Shown piece after piece: positions 27,243-37,019 of a stretch of DNA of 64,000 nt. The notes under the pieces were generated by a model, which was not told the origin of the DNA, ran no database searches, and saw nothing but the letters and a program-made list of their open reading frames with translations. Position numbers and translations under genes: made by a program. This stretch comes from an uncultured Clostridia bacterium. GTDB lineage: Bacteria; Bacillota; Clostridia; TANB77; CAG-508. The stretch's first letter is position 1; each line of letters opens with the position of its first letter. Location: NCBI GenBank assembly GCA_934167755.1, contig CAKPLT010000006.1:14189-78188 (forward strand). The letters run 5' to 3'.

Positions 27243-28304
27243 TTAAAGAGAATTTAACTCAACTATTTCCACATTTGTATAAAAATGCTTAATAATTTCT
27301 TCAAATGTTGAGCCTGATTTTGCTAAAGCATCAGCCCCTGTCTGGCTCATTCCAACACCATGACCATATCCTGTTACTGAAAATGTAATATTATCTCCAT
27401 CTATAGAAAATGTAAAATTAGTTGATTTTAATCCTAATATTGTTCTTGCCTCAGTACCAGCAATTTCTTTATTTCCAAACTTAATTGTCTTTACTCTTCC
27501 ACTTGTTGTAAGTTCCATTATTTTTATGCAATCCGATTGAGAAAAATCAATTTCACAGTCAGGATATCTTTCTTTTATTTTGTTTAATAAATCTTGCTTA
27601 GAAATTTGAACTTGTGAACTGTATTGTGTATATCCATCTTCACCTGATGTTTCTACAGATTTTAAATATGGGTAATCAATTTCTCCCCATATGTTTACTG
27701 AACTTTCTGTTACTCCTCCACTGTTTGAATGAAAAAACGCATTTATAAGTTCACCATTATATGTAATAATTTTTCCTTTTGTTGAATTTACTGCTTCTGT
27801 AATTTTGTTCCAATTACTTTCAGCCTCTTCTGCACTCCATTTTGACATTCTCTCTTCTTTGCTTATCCATGCTTGGCAACATGCATAATTATCGCATATG
27901 TCTGCACCAGGATGTTTACTTGAATTATGGCTAATCTGATAAATTGTATATGTTCTAGCAACTACAGCCTGGGCTTTTAATGCTTCTGCTTCGAAGTTTG
28001 CTGGCATTTCACTTGAAACTACTCCATACAAATACTCATCTAAATCCACTTCTTCTATCTGACCTGTTGTAGAATGTAATAATTTTATTGTTCTTGAATT
28101 ATCATCACTTCGATTTTGTTGATTTTCTTCTACATTTGTAGTTATTTGCTCTACATTCTTGCTCTCTTGTTGTTCTGTTGTACTGTCTTGATTATTGGCT
28201 GTTTCAACTACTTCCTGTGATTTGCCAGGAGTTACTGTACAAATTGCAGGTGCTATAAAAAAAACTATAACAAATCCTAAAAAATATATAAAAAATTTCT
28301 TCAT
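27243..28304 (-). CDS. spoIID: Stage II sporulation protein D (lytic transglycosylase)
   Basis: AQAVVARTYT, FHSNSGGVTE, GHGVGMSQTGA. ATG 28304 lies after GGAGG. Confidence 0.9.
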   Translation of the reverse strand: MKKFFIYFLGFVIVFFIAPAICTVTPGKSQEVVETANNQDSTTEQQESKNVEQITTNVEENQQNRSDDNSRTIKLLHSTTGQIEEVDLDEYLYGVVSSEMPANFEAEALKAQAVVARTYTIYQISHNSSKHPGADICDNYACCQAWISKEERMSKWSAEEAESNWNKITEAVNSTKGKIITYNGELINAFFHSNSGGVTESSVNIWGEIDYPYLKSVETSGEDGYTQYSSQVQISKQDLLNKIKERYPDCEIDFSQSDCIKIMELTTSGRVKTIKFGNKEIAGTEARTILGLKSTNFTFSIDGDNITFSVTGYGHGVGMSQTGADALAKSGSTFEEIIKHFYTNVEIVELNSL

Positions 28305-28346
28305 TCTGCCTCCATATAGATTACTCAAATTCATTCTCCCAAAAAC

Positions 28347-29075
28347 TTAGCCTATGAGTTTTTTCTTCATTTTGTCTAATATTTTTCTTTCAATTCTAGA
28401 AACCTGAACTTGTGTAATGCCTAAAATTTTTGAAACCTGCATTTGTGTTTTTTGCTTATAATATCTAAGCATTATAATCTCCTTTTCTTTGTCATTTAAT
28501 TCACAAATCAACTTTTTAATAGTAATTCTATTAGTAATCTCTGTCTGCTCATCTCTTCCAGTAGAAATTTGTTCCAAAATACTTACTGTTTTATCTGTTT
28601 TATTATCTTTATATTTTGCACTTTCAATAGAATCAACTGGTCTTGTTGAATCCATTGCCATAGTAATTTCTTCTTTTGAAATCTTAAGTTCTTTTGAAAT
28701 CTCTTCCAAAGTTATATCTCTTCCATATTTATTAAAATATTCTTTTTGTAATTCTAATATTTTTATATTTAATTCTTTAATACTCCTACTTACTTTAATT
28801 GGTCCATCATCTCTTATGTATCTTTTTATTTCTCCTAAAATGTATGGTACTGCATATGTTGAAAGACGAACTTCAAATCTTGTATCAAATCTTTGTATTG
28901 CTTTAATAAAACCAATACTTCCAATTTGATATAAATCTTCTATATCATATCCTCTTCCACTAAATCTTCGAACTATGCTCCAAATTAGTCCATTGTTATC
29001 TTCTATTAATTTTGTCATATCTTCTTGACTACCATTTTGGGCTTTTTCGATGATTTTCATATTATTCTCATACAC
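28347..29075 (-). CDS. sigF: Sporulation sigma factor SigF
   Basis: Group 3 sigma factor (LIWSIVRRFSGRGYDIEDLYQIGSIGFIKAIQRFD, STYAVPYILGEIKRYIRDDG, ITQVQVSRIERK). It lies directly after spoIIAA-spoIIAB. GTG start 7 nt after GGGGAG. Confidence 0.85.
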   Translation of the reverse strand: MYENNMKIIEKAQNGSQEDMTKLIEDNNGLIWSIVRRFSGRGYDIEDLYQIGSIGFIKAIQRFDTRFEVRLSTYAVPYILGEIKRYIRDDGPIKVSRSIKELNIKILELQKEYFNKYGRDITLEEISKELKISKEEITMAMDSTRPVDSIESAKYKDNKTDKTVSILEQISTGRDEQTEITNRITIKKLICELNDKEKEIIMLRYYKQKTQMQVSKILGITQVQVSRIERKILDKMKKKLIG

Positions 29076-29590
29076 TATTCATCTCCCCTTATTGTAGCTT
29101 CTTCTCTTGTTTCAGTGTTTTCACCAATTACACTAAATGCAAATTCTTCTTTTTTATTAGAACTTTTTATAGTCTTTCTCATAGTAACTTTTGTTCCTAA
29201 TCCTAATACTGATTCAACCTGAACATCATCCATAAAACTTTCCATTATTGTGAACCCCATTCCAGACCTTTCTAAATTTGCTTTTGTCGTATATAGTGGT
29301 TGTTTTGCTATTTCTACATTTTCAATTCCTTTTCCAGAATCTGATATCTCTATAAATATTTCATTTTTTCTAATTTTACACACAAGTTTTACTGTTCCTA
29401 AACTCTCCTCATATCCATGGATTATTGAATTAGTTACAGCTTCAGATACAGCTGTTTTTATATCTGCTATTTCTTCAAGTGTCGGATCTAATTGTGCTAC
29501 AAATGCTGCAACAGATATTCTTGCAAATGCTTCATTATTTGATTTGCTTAAAAATTCTATTTTCATTTCATTATCATATATGTTGTTCAT
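29075..29590 (-). CDS. spoIIAB: Anti-sigma-F factor / serine kinase SpoIIAB
   Basis: [42 protein letters not shown] and [17 protein letters not shown]. It carries about 25 extra C-terminal residues relative to the Bacillus protein as I remember it. Confidence 0.9.
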   Translation of the reverse strand: MNNIYDNEMKIEFLSKSNNEAFARISVAAFVAQLDPTLEEIADIKTAVSEAVTNSIIHGYEESLGTVKLVCKIRKNEIFIEISDSGKGIENVEIAKQPLYTTKANLERSGMGFTIMESFMDDVQVESVLGLGTKVTMRKTIKSSNKKEEFAFSVIGENTETREEATIRGDE

Positions 29591-29915
29591 TTCGTACCTC
29601 CTTTTTTGTTTTTATTTCTGGAATAATTTTTAACACTCCACTCATTTCAAATATCTTTCTTACTGGTGTTGTTAAATTGGTAACTTCTACTTTTCCTCCA
29701 AGCATATCTACTAATTTATATCTTCCTATTAATAGTCCTATTCCTGCACTGTCCATAAAAGAAACTTTATTAAAATCAAATATAACTTCTTTAGGCATAT
29801 ATCTTTCAATTTCATTATCTAATCTCCTCCTTATTTTCTGAACAATACATTCATCTATATCTTCGCTTATTTCGAAGATTAACCTCTTGTCCTTTTTTTG
29901 ATAAATACTCTCCAT
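29574..29915 (-). CDS. spoIIAA: Anti-anti-sigma factor SpoIIAA (STAS domain)
   Basis: STAS pattern with the phosphorylatable Ser context [14 protein letters not shown]. First gene of the spoIIA operon. Confidence 0.85.
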   Translation of the reverse strand: MESIYQKKDKRLIFEISEDIDECIVQKIRRRLDNEIERYMPKEVIFDFNKVSFMDSAGIGLLIGRYKLVDMLGGKVEVTNLTTPVRKIFEMSGVLKIIPEIKTKKEVRNEQHI

Positions 29916-30017
29916 AAACTCTCCTTTCTTTTTTCTTTTGTCTTATCTATTATCAATTTTAGTAAAATCATTATATACTCTTTTCCATTTTTTTCCAAGA
30001 TTAAAAATTGAGAAGTT

Positions 30018-30043
30018 TTGTCGAATCCCAAAGTTTTCGACAA
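30018..30043. promoter_or_regulatory. Inverted pair of Spo0A-box-like heptamers (TGTCGAA / TTCGACA) in the spoIIAA / 30120-ORF divergent region
   Basis: TTGTCGAA (30018-30025) and TTCGACAA (30036-30043) are separated by 10 nt. Confidence 0.55.
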
Positions 30044-30046
30044 GAA

Positions 30047-30075
30047 TTTACTTTTTTATGTAAATATGTTATAAT
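30047..30075 (+). promoter_or_regulatory. Sigma-A-type promoter for the 30120 ORF
   Basis: TTTACT (30047-30052), 17 nt, TATAAT (30070-30075). Confidence 0.5.
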
Positions 30076-30119
30076 ATATATGTAAGATTATTTATATATA
30101 CATTAAGGAGGAAAAAAAC

Positions 30120-30866
30120 ATGAAAAAAGAAGTAGAAAAAAAAGCAGTACTTAATGAAGATTTAAATGAAGAACAATTAGATCTTCAGATACGGCAACTT
30201 ATTCTAACAGCAAAAGAAGTTAACTGTAATGAACTTCAATTAGTTGAAAAAATATCTATGTATTGGAATAAAGTAAAACAGCCAGATAAAAAAGTTGAAA
30301 AAAATATTGATGACAAAGCAGGTCAAACAGAAATTTTAAGCAAGGACGAGCAAAATTTTGCAAATAAACTTACTAAATTTTTAGAATATTATCAAAAAGA
30401 TATTCTTTTTACTGACACAGAATATTGGAAAGATAATTTTCAAGTATATAACACATCTGAAAGTTTTAATAATCGACTTGCCAACGAAAAAGTAATGCAG
30501 AAGGTAATTGGGGATAATTTTAATATCTTATTATCAATGTTTATATTATTTAATAGGAAACAAGCTATAAATCAAAAAAATATTAATTGTATAGTAAAAC
30601 ACACTCTTAAATATAAATATAGACCAGAATTCTCGGATATCTCAATTTCACCTTTATACATTTTCTTTTTTAACAAACTATATTTTCAATCCGAAACTGA
30701 TTTACCTATTTTTTCCAAAAATGATCACATTGTTTGTATTGGTACCAGCATAGTGAACCGTTCAGGATTTAAAGAATTCGAAAAATCCAACTCAGGTTAT
30801 TTTAGGAAAACAAAATCACGCGAAGTTGCTATTGCTGCTATTTGGTTTATTAACAACTACTTCTAA
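30120..30866 (+). CDS. Hypothetical protein (248 aa), no family recognised
   Basis: Good RBS (AAGGAGG 8 nt upstream), a TTTACT-17-TATAAT promoter, and a strong terminator downstream. Divergent from spoIIAA. Confidence 0.5.
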   Translation: MKKEVEKKAVLNEDLNEEQLDLQIRQLILTAKEVNCNELQLVEKISMYWNKVKQPDKKVEKNIDDKAGQTEILSKDEQNFANKLTKFLEYYQKDILFTDTEYWKDNFQVYNTSESFNNRLANEKVMQKVIGDNFNILLSMFILFNRKQAINQKNINCIVKHTLKYKYRPEFSDISISPLYIFFFNKLYFQSETDLPIFSKNDHIVCIGTSIVNRSGFKEFEKSNSGYFRKTKSREVAIAAIWFINNYF

Positions 30867-30873
30867 CTCTTGC

Positions 30874-30901
30874 AAAAAAGGTCTCAAATCGAGACCTTTT
30901 T
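30874..30901. terminator. Bidirectional terminator between the 30120 ORF and dtd
   Basis: AAAAAAGGTCTC aaatc GAGACCTTTTTT. Confidence 0.75.
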
Positions 30902-30925
30902 CATATTATTACATAAGTATATATT

Positions 30926-31363
30926 TTATTTTTCAATAATAATTGTCACTGGACCATCATTTAATAATTCTACCTTCATATCAGCACCAAAAATTCCCTT
31001 TTCAACTTCTATTCCATTTTTTGCACACTCATCACAAAAATATTCATATAAAGGTATTGCTTCTTCTGATCTTGCAGCCTCAGTAAAACTTGGTCTATTG
31101 CCATCATTACAATTTCCATACAATGTAAATTGAGATACTATAAGCAATTTTCCATCAACATCTTTTAATGATAAATTCATTTTATCATTTTCATCTGTAA
31201 ACACTCTTAAATTACATACTTTTTTAACCAAATAATCAGCTTGTTCTTTTGTATCTCCAACTTTAATCCCTATTAATACTAAAAAACCTTTATCAATTTT
31301 TCCAACTATTTCTTCATGTACTTTTACACTTGCATTTTTTACTCTTTGAATTACTAATTTCAT
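30926..31363 (-). CDS. dtd: D-aminoacyl-tRNA deacylase
   Basis: MKLVIQRVKNASVKV..., SQFTLYG, NGPVTI. ATG 31363 lies 8 nt after GGAGG. The longer track ORF is an upstream run-on. Confidence 0.9.
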   Translation of the reverse strand: MKLVIQRVKNASVKVHEEIVGKIDKGFLVLIGIKVGDTKEQADYLVKKVCNLRVFTDENDKMNLSLKDVDGKLLIVSQFTLYGNCNDGNRPSFTEAARSEEAIPLYEYFCDECAKNGIEVEKGIFGADMKVELLNDGPVTIIIEK

Positions 31364-31436
31364 TTTTGCTACCTCCGCATCTTTCTTATAATACAATAAA
31401 TGTCCCTTAAAATAGGGACACCTGCTTATACTATTA

Positions 31437-32060
31437 TTATTGTTGATTTTGTTGTGGTTCACCTTCCTGTTTTGCATTCTCCTGTGTTTCCACTGCCATT
31501 ACTTCTGTAACTTTTTCAACAGTATTTTCTCCTTGATTATCTTCTACTGCTTCTTTTGCTCCATCATCTTCATTTATCTCATCTGAAGAATTATTATCTT
31601 CCTTTGAACATTCAGAACAATTTGTTTCTTCTGAATTACTAGAACTTTCAGAATTATTTTCCACATTTACAATTTCAGCTTCTTTAACTTCAATTTCTGG
31701 TTGTTTTGCACCACATTTTGGACAATATGTATTATCCAATTCAATTTCAGCATGGCAATTTTCACATTGTTTCTTTTCTTTCAATTCTAATATTGTTTTT
31801 AAACATGTTTCAATTTCTGCTGATAGTACATCAATTTTTGTGCATTCTTCTTCTAATTCTGTTTTTATATCAATATTTTCTTCTCTAATATGTTTTTCAT
31901 AAACTTTTTTTCCTATTTCTTTGTATATGTCATTAATATTTGATTTATTCTCATTTATTTTCATTCTTAATTTTGCCTCTTTAGCAATTTTGCTTGTTTT
32001 TTCTGCAGTTACATCATATGCTTTACTTGCTTTTTTACCTAAATTATCAAAAAATCCCAT
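31437..32060 (-). CDS. Zinc-ribbon protein with coiled-coil N-terminal part and acidic tail
   Basis: CENCHAEIELDNTYCPKCG zinc ribbon; no family name recalled. Confidence 0.55.
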   Translation of the reverse strand: MGFFDNLGKKASKAYDVTAEKTSKIAKEAKLRMKINENKSNINDIYKEIGKKVYEKHIREENIDIKTELEEECTKIDVLSAEIETCLKTILELKEKKQCENCHAEIELDNTYCPKCGAKQPEIEVKEAEIVNVENNSESSSNSEETNCSECSKEDNNSSDEINEDDGAKEAVEDNQGENTVEKVTEVMAVETQENAKQEGEPQQNQQ

Positions 32061-32155
32061 TTTTCTTTCTTCCTTTCTAATAGTAAAAACTTGTTATTAT
32101 ACATATTTTTAACCTTTTATTTTATTTCTATTCTAAAAATCATAACACAGCTTAA

Positions 32156-33142
32156 TTAAATTTCATTTTTTCTAGCCCTGTTCATTAAAGCATCAACAGC
32201 ATCTTCTGGCTTTAGTCCCTTATATAAAATTCCATATACTGCTTCAACTATAGGCATTTCTATATTATGTAATTTTCCTAATTCATATGCTACTTCAATA
32301 TTATCTATACTTTCAATAGTCATTCCAACTTCTTTTTTAGTTTCCTCTAAACTTAGTCCTTGACCTATTAATTTTCCAGCTTTTCTATTTCTACTATGTT
32401 CACTTAAGCATGTAACAATCAAATCACCAAGTCCACTTAAACCATATAAAGTATCTTTTTGACCTCCAAGAGCCACTCCAAGTCTAGAAAGTTCAGCTAA
32501 TCCTCTTGTTATTAAAGCTGCAAATGTATTATCACCAAGACCAATACCTGCTGCTACACCTGCACAGAAAGCTATTATATTTTTTAATGCTCCACCAAGT
32601 TCAACACCTTTTACATCTTTAGAAGTATATATTCTCATCTTACTAGACATACATGTATCTTGAACTAGTTTTAAAACAGAATCATATTTTGATGCTACAA
32701 CTAAAAGAGTTGGTGTAGCAACAGAAACCTCTTCTGCGTGGCTTGGTCCAGACAATACTGCAATTTTTGCATTTGGAATTTCTTCCTGAATAACTTCATC
32801 AAGTGTTAACATACTTTCTTTTTCAAAGCCTTTAGAACATATTACAATTGGTTGATTTTTAACATATTTTTTATATTCTTTTACAGTTTCTCTTGTAAAT
32901 TTTGATGGTGTTACATGTAATATAATATCTGTATCTTCTATTGCCTTTTTATAAGATGTTGTACATTCAATTCCATCTGGTATTACTATATTTGGCAAAA
33001 ACTTGCATTTTCTTTCTTTATTAATTAAATCTTTTTCTTCTTCTGAAAATGACCAAAGCTTCACCTTGTTTCCTAGCTTTGCCAAGTGAATTGCAAGAGC
33101 AACTCCCCAACTACCGCTTCCTATTATTGCTATATTTTTCAT
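32156..33142 (-). CDS. gpsA: NAD(P)H-dependent glycerol-3-phosphate dehydrogenase
   Basis: IAIIGSGSWGVALA, LSGPSHAEEV, GALKNIIA. Confidence 0.95.
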   Translation of the reverse strand: MKNIAIIGSGSWGVALAIHLAKLGNKVKLWSFSEEEKDLINKERKCKFLPNIVIPDGIECTTSYKKAIEDTDIILHVTPSKFTRETVKEYKKYVKNQPIVICSKGFEKESMLTLDEVIQEEIPNAKIAVLSGPSHAEEVSVATPTLLVVASKYDSVLKLVQDTCMSSKMRIYTSKDVKGVELGGALKNIIAFCAGVAAGIGLGDNTFAALITRGLAELSRLGVALGGQKDTLYGLSGLGDLIVTCLSEHSRNRKAGKLIGQGLSLEETKKEVGMTIESIDNIEVAYELGKLHNIEMPIVEAVYGILYKGLKPEDAVDALMNRARKNEI

Positions 33143-33164
33143 TTCTTCCTCCTTAGTTTTTAAT

Positions 33165-33803
33165 TTATTTTTTCTTAAAACTTATTTTGTTTTCTGTTCC
33201 ATTTAAAATTCTTTGTATGTTACTTCTATGATTAAATGCAACAATTAATGCCAAAATTATACTATATACAAAATAACTACTTCCATCTGATATTGTATAA
33301 TTTGTATGTATAAATAATACTAATACTGGGAATAAAACAGCTGCACCAACTGACCCCATTGATACCATTTTTGTTAATGCCATTAAAACTAGTGCAAACA
33401 CTAAACAAATTAATCCAATTTTCCAATTAGTCATTAATAAAACTCCTAATGAAGTTGCAACACCTTTTCCACCTTTAAAGTTAAAAAATACTGGAAAAGT
33501 ATGACCTACTACAACAAGAATTCCTGCAATTTGTACTAATAATGATTTATCAGAATTTTTTGCAATTGCACCTACAATAATTGCAAATATTATTGCAGCT
33601 ACACCTTTTAACGCATCACACAAAAGAGTCAATACTGCGGCTTTTGTCCCTACAGATCTAAGCATGTTTGTTGCCCCTGCATTTCCACTTCCTTTTTCTC
33701 TTACATCAAATCCTGCCATTTTTTTGCTTATTATTACTGAAAAACTTACACTTCCTATTAAATATGCTACTAATGCTACTATTATATATGCTGCCATTTT
33801 CAT
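33165..33803 (-). CDS. plsY: Glycerol-3-phosphate acyltransferase PlsY
   Basis: YLIGSVSFSVII, GSGNAGATN, FKGGKGVAT. Confidence 0.95.
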   Translation of the reverse strand: MKMAAYIIVALVAYLIGSVSFSVIISKKMAGFDVREKGSGNAGATNMLRSVGTKAAVLTLLCDALKGVAAIIFAIIVGAIAKNSDKSLLVQIAGILVVVGHTFPVFFNFKGGKGVATSLGVLLMTNWKIGLICLVFALVLMALTKMVSMGSVGAAVLFPVLVLFIHTNYTISDGSSYFVYSIILALIVAFNHRSNIQRILNGTENKISFKKK

Positions 33804-33817
33804 CTACTCCTTTCATT

Positions 33818-33883
33818 GGGAAATTTTGTACCTGGTCCCAAATTTTCCCTAAATGGAAATTTAGGACCGGGTACATTTTTTCC
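33818..33883. repeat. Family-1 repeat, two inverted units in the der-plsY spacer
   Basis: GGGAAATTTTGTACCTGGTCCCAAATTTTCCC (33818-33849) faces GGAAATTTAGGACCGGGTACATTTTTTCC (33855-33883). Confidence 0.9.
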
Positions 33884-33886
33884 ATT

Positions 33887-35221
33887 TTATCCTTCCATTT
33901 CTTTATCTAATTTTTCTCTTGCTATCATTCTAATTGGTGTTCCTTCTAGTCCAAACTCTTTTCTTAATTGGTTTATCAAATATCTTTGATACGAAAAGTG
34001 AAATAATTCCTTATTATTAACAAATATTACAAATGTTGGTGGTTTTGTAGATACCTGTGTTCCATAAAATATCTTTAATCTCTTTCCTTTATCTGTTGGA
34101 GGTTGAACTAATGCAATAGCTTCATTTATTACTTGATTTAATACAGATGTTGAAATTCTCTTTGCATTTTGTTCTGCGACATTGTTTATCATATTAAATA
34201 ACTTGTCCACTCTTTGTCCTGTCTTTGCTGATATAAATATCATTGGCGCATATGATAAATATGATAATTTATTATATACTTCTTTTTTGTACTTTTCTAA
34301 AGTACCTGTTTCTTTTTCATATTCATCCCACTTGTTTACAACAATTATAACACCTTTTCCTGCTTCATGAGCTTCACCTGCAATTTTCGCATCTTGTTCT
34401 GTTACACCCTCTAAAGCATCTATCATCATCAAACATACATCAGCTCTTTCAATTGCTAATAATGTTCTCATAATACTAAACTTTTCTATCGACTCTGTTA
34501 CTTTGCTCTTTCTTCTTATTCCAGCAGTATCTATCAATACATATTTTCCATAGTCATTTTCATATTCAGTATCAATCGCATCTCTTGTAGTTCCTGCAAT
34601 CGAACTTACAATTGTTCTATTTTGACCTAATATCTTATTTATTAATGATGATTTTCCTACATTTGGTTTTCCTATTACAGCAACTTTTATCCTGTCATCT
34701 TCATCTTCACCCTCTTGCTTTTCTGGGAATTTTTCGTATATTGCATCAAGTACATCTCCTATTCCTAAAGCATTTGCCGCTGACACAGGATGTGGTTCTC
34801 CTACTCCTAAATTATAAAATTCATAAACATCATTTTTATCTCTACTCATATTATCAGCTTTGTTACAGACTAATACTACTGGTTTTTTTGATTTTTTTAA
34901 CATTAATGCAATTTCTTGATCCACAGCTGTTACACCTTGTTTTATATCAGTTAAAAATATTATTACATCAGCTATTTCAATAGCCATTTGTGCTTGTTGT
35001 CTCATTTGAGATATAATAATATCTTCTGATTCTGGTTCAATTCCAGCTGTATCAACTACTGTAAAATTTCTACCTCTCCAATTTGTTTCTGCATATACTC
35101 TATCTCTTGTTACACCTGGTGTATCTTCAACTATTGATATTCGACTTCCTACTATATAATTGAAAAATGTTGATTTTCCTACATTTGGCTTTCCTATGAT
35201 TGCAACTGTTGGTTTTCCCAT
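33887..35221 (-). CDS. der: Ribosome-associated GTPase Der/EngA (two G domains plus KH-like domain)
   Basis: GKPNVGKST appears twice, with DTAG/DTAGI and NKAD/NKWD. GTG start. Confidence 0.95.
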   Translation of the reverse strand: MGKPTVAIIGKPNVGKSTFFNYIVGSRISIVEDTPGVTRDRVYAETNWRGRNFTVVDTAGIEPESEDIIISQMRQQAQMAIEIADVIIFLTDIKQGVTAVDQEIALMLKKSKKPVVLVCNKADNMSRDKNDVYEFYNLGVGEPHPVSAANALGIGDVLDAIYEKFPEKQEGEDEDDRIKVAVIGKPNVGKSSLINKILGQNRTIVSSIAGTTRDAIDTEYENDYGKYVLIDTAGIRRKSKVTESIEKFSIMRTLLAIERADVCLMMIDALEGVTEQDAKIAGEAHEAGKGVIIVVNKWDEYEKETGTLEKYKKEVYNKLSYLSYAPMIFISAKTGQRVDKLFNMINNVAEQNAKRISTSVLNQVINEAIALVQPPTDKGKRLKIFYGTQVSTKPPTFVIFVNNKELFHFSYQRYLINQLRKEFGLEGTPIRMIAREKLDKEMEG

Positions 35222-35245
35222 CTCATTTCCTGCCTTTCATAATTT

Positions 35246-35312
35246 TGGGGAAATTTAGGACCAGGTACATTTTTTCCATTAATGGGAAATTTAGGACCGG
35301 GTACATTTTTTC
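35246..35312. repeat. Family-1 repeat, two direct units upstream of der
   Basis: GGGGAAATTTAGGACCAGGTACATTTTTTCC (35246-35276) and GGGAAATTTAGGACCGGGTACATTTTTTCC (35283-35312). Confidence 0.9.
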
Positions 35313-35339
35313 CTTATTTTCATTTATATTTTACTATTT

Positions 35340-35966
35340 TCACCGCAAAATATCAAGTGTTTTACCATTTTTTTCTTTTAAAATCAAACTCCATAAAAAT
35401 ATACATACTAAAAATATTGCAATATTTTTTAAACAGTAAACCGCAATACTACTACAAATAGTTAAAACAATTATTATAGTTTTTGACACATTTTTTATAA
35501 TGTTTTTTGATTTATCCTTTCCAAATTCTATATGTAAAATTCCTTTTATTATTCTTCCACCATCTAATGGATATAATGGTATTAAATTGAATACTGCTAT
35601 TAATAAATTTGAATATACTGCATCTTGTTTTTCTATATATGGAATATCAATATATGTAAAAATAACAACTAATATCATACTTAATATTGGTCCAACACTT
35701 GCAATAATTATTTTTTTTAATGTCAAAACATCTGCATTTTTTATACTTTTTTTATAATCTATAAAATTTGCTTTAAACGAACTGGAAAAACCACAAGGTA
35801 ATATTTCTATTTTATCTGGTTTCATTTTTAGCATTAGCCCTGCTATAATATGTCCTAATTCATGCAAAAAAGAAAAAAACATAATTATCATATAAATCTT
35901 TATTTGATTAGTAAAATAAAATATTGCTAAAAAAATAAAGATTTTTAAATCTATTCTTATTTTCAA
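35340..35966 (-). CDS. spoIVFB: Site-2 metalloprotease SpoIVFB-like (pro-sigma-K processing)
   Basis: HELGH in a TM helix and NLIPLYPLDGGRI (NxxPxxxxDG). TTG start 5 nt after AGGAGG. It follows an M23-domain gene, as in the spoIVF operon. Confidence 0.75.
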   Translation of the reverse strand: MKIRIDLKIFIFLAIFYFTNQIKIYMIIMFFSFLHELGHIIAGLMLKMKPDKIEILPCGFSSSFKANFIDYKKSIKNADVLTLKKIIIASVGPILSMILVVIFTYIDIPYIEKQDAVYSNLLIAVFNLIPLYPLDGGRIIKGILHIEFGKDKSKNIIKNVSKTIIIVLTICSSIAVYCLKNIAIFLVCIFLWSLILKEKNGKTLDILR

Positions 35967-36002
35967 ATCTTCCTCCTAATATAATACATCTATATAAACT
36001 TT

Positions 36003-36947
36003 TTATAATTCCAAAACTAATTGTGGATTTACATATCTATCTTGATACCTAATTTCAAAATGCAGATGTGGTCCTGTTGTATTACCTGTTGAGCCAACTT
36101 CCGCTATTTCTTGTCCTTGCTTAATTGTATCACCTTCATTTACATTTAACTTACTACAATGTGCATATACTATAATAACATCACTTGTTTGAATTTTTAA
36201 ATGTTTGCCATAATCACCTGTTGTTGATGAAAGTATTACGGTTCCATCTGTTGCAGAAACAATTTTTGTTCCTGTCTCTGCTGCTATATCTGTACCTGTA
36301 TGATTTTTAGGCACTGTCTCAGTTGTTGGATTTCTCCATCCAAATGCTGAACTTATTTTTCCATTAACAGGTTTTATGAAACTAATTGTACTTTTTATAT
36401 AATTTGCATCTTGTTCCATTTGTGATAATTCTTTTGTTTCATTTTCTTCTAAAGGGGCTATCATTTCTTCTGCTCCACCTATATTTTCATCATTATTTAT
36501 TTCCTGATTCTTCGATTCTGTATTTTCTGCATTTTGTTCATTAGCATTTTCATTACTTATGTTTTCTCTCTGTTCATTTTCACTTTGTTGTTCTTCATTA
36601 TTTTTGGGGCTTTCACTCTCTATAATTTTGTTATATGTATCTACTACTTTATTTGAAATTATTGAATACAATTCAATAAAATTTATATCTTGTGATAATA
36701 TTTCTTTTGCTTTACTTGTAAAATCCGCTGAAAATATATAATTATTATTAACAATTAAATAAAATATTCCATAAATAATTAAACACCCAATAATTTGTCT
36801 AATCATTTTTCTTAATAATTTGATATTTTTCTTTTCATTTGGAATTCTCTTTAATGTTTCTCTTACAGGAACTTCTTGTTCTCTTCTTTTATAATATATT
36901 TCTTCTGCTCTTTTTATTTTATCTTCAACAGACATTGCTCTCTCCAT
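36003..36947 (-). CDS. spoIVFA: M23/LytM-domain membrane protein, SpoIVFA-like
   Basis: N-terminal basic region, one TM, an acidic linker, and a LytM domain (HTGTDIAA, GPHLHFEI). It lies upstream of spoIVFB. Confidence 0.6.
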   Translation of the reverse strand: MERAMSVEDKIKRAEEIYYKRREQEVPVRETLKRIPNEKKNIKLLRKMIRQIIGCLIIYGIFYLIVNNNYIFSADFTSKAKEILSQDINFIELYSIISNKVVDTYNKIIESESPKNNEEQQSENEQRENISNENANEQNAENTESKNQEINNDENIGGAEEMIAPLEENETKELSQMEQDANYIKSTISFIKPVNGKISSAFGWRNPTTETVPKNHTGTDIAAETGTKIVSATDGTVILSSTTGDYGKHLKIQTSDVIIVYAHCSKLNVNEGDTIKQGQEIAEVGSTGNTTGPHLHFEIRYQDRYVNPQLVLEL

Positions 36948-37019
36948 ATTTTATTTAGCTCCCTTCTCATTATAAACTGCAAAAAACACTTTATCTACTG
37001 CATTTACTAATGTTTATGC

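Noticed and set aside
29075-29150. C-terminal ~25-aa extension of SpoIIAB overlapping the sigF start, as a possible fusion or frameshift
   Set aside because: The reading frame is continuous, the stop codon overlaps the sigF GTG in a normal coupled arrangement, and the kinase motifs are intact. This is probably lineage-specific tail variation.
31364-31477. 38-codon upstream extension of dtd overlapping the zinc-ribbon gene
   Set aside because: Dtd proteins start at MKLVIQRV, and GGAGG sits 8 nt before that ATG. The extension is an unconserved-looking N/I-rich run-on.
35246-35312. Possible CRISPR array: direct repeats with 36-42-bp periodicity here and at 55437-55510 and 60715-60777
   Set aside because: There are only two units per locus, the spacers are 6-12 nt rather than ~30 nt, no cas genes are present, and some loci carry the units in inverted orientation. 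This is not a CRISPR array.
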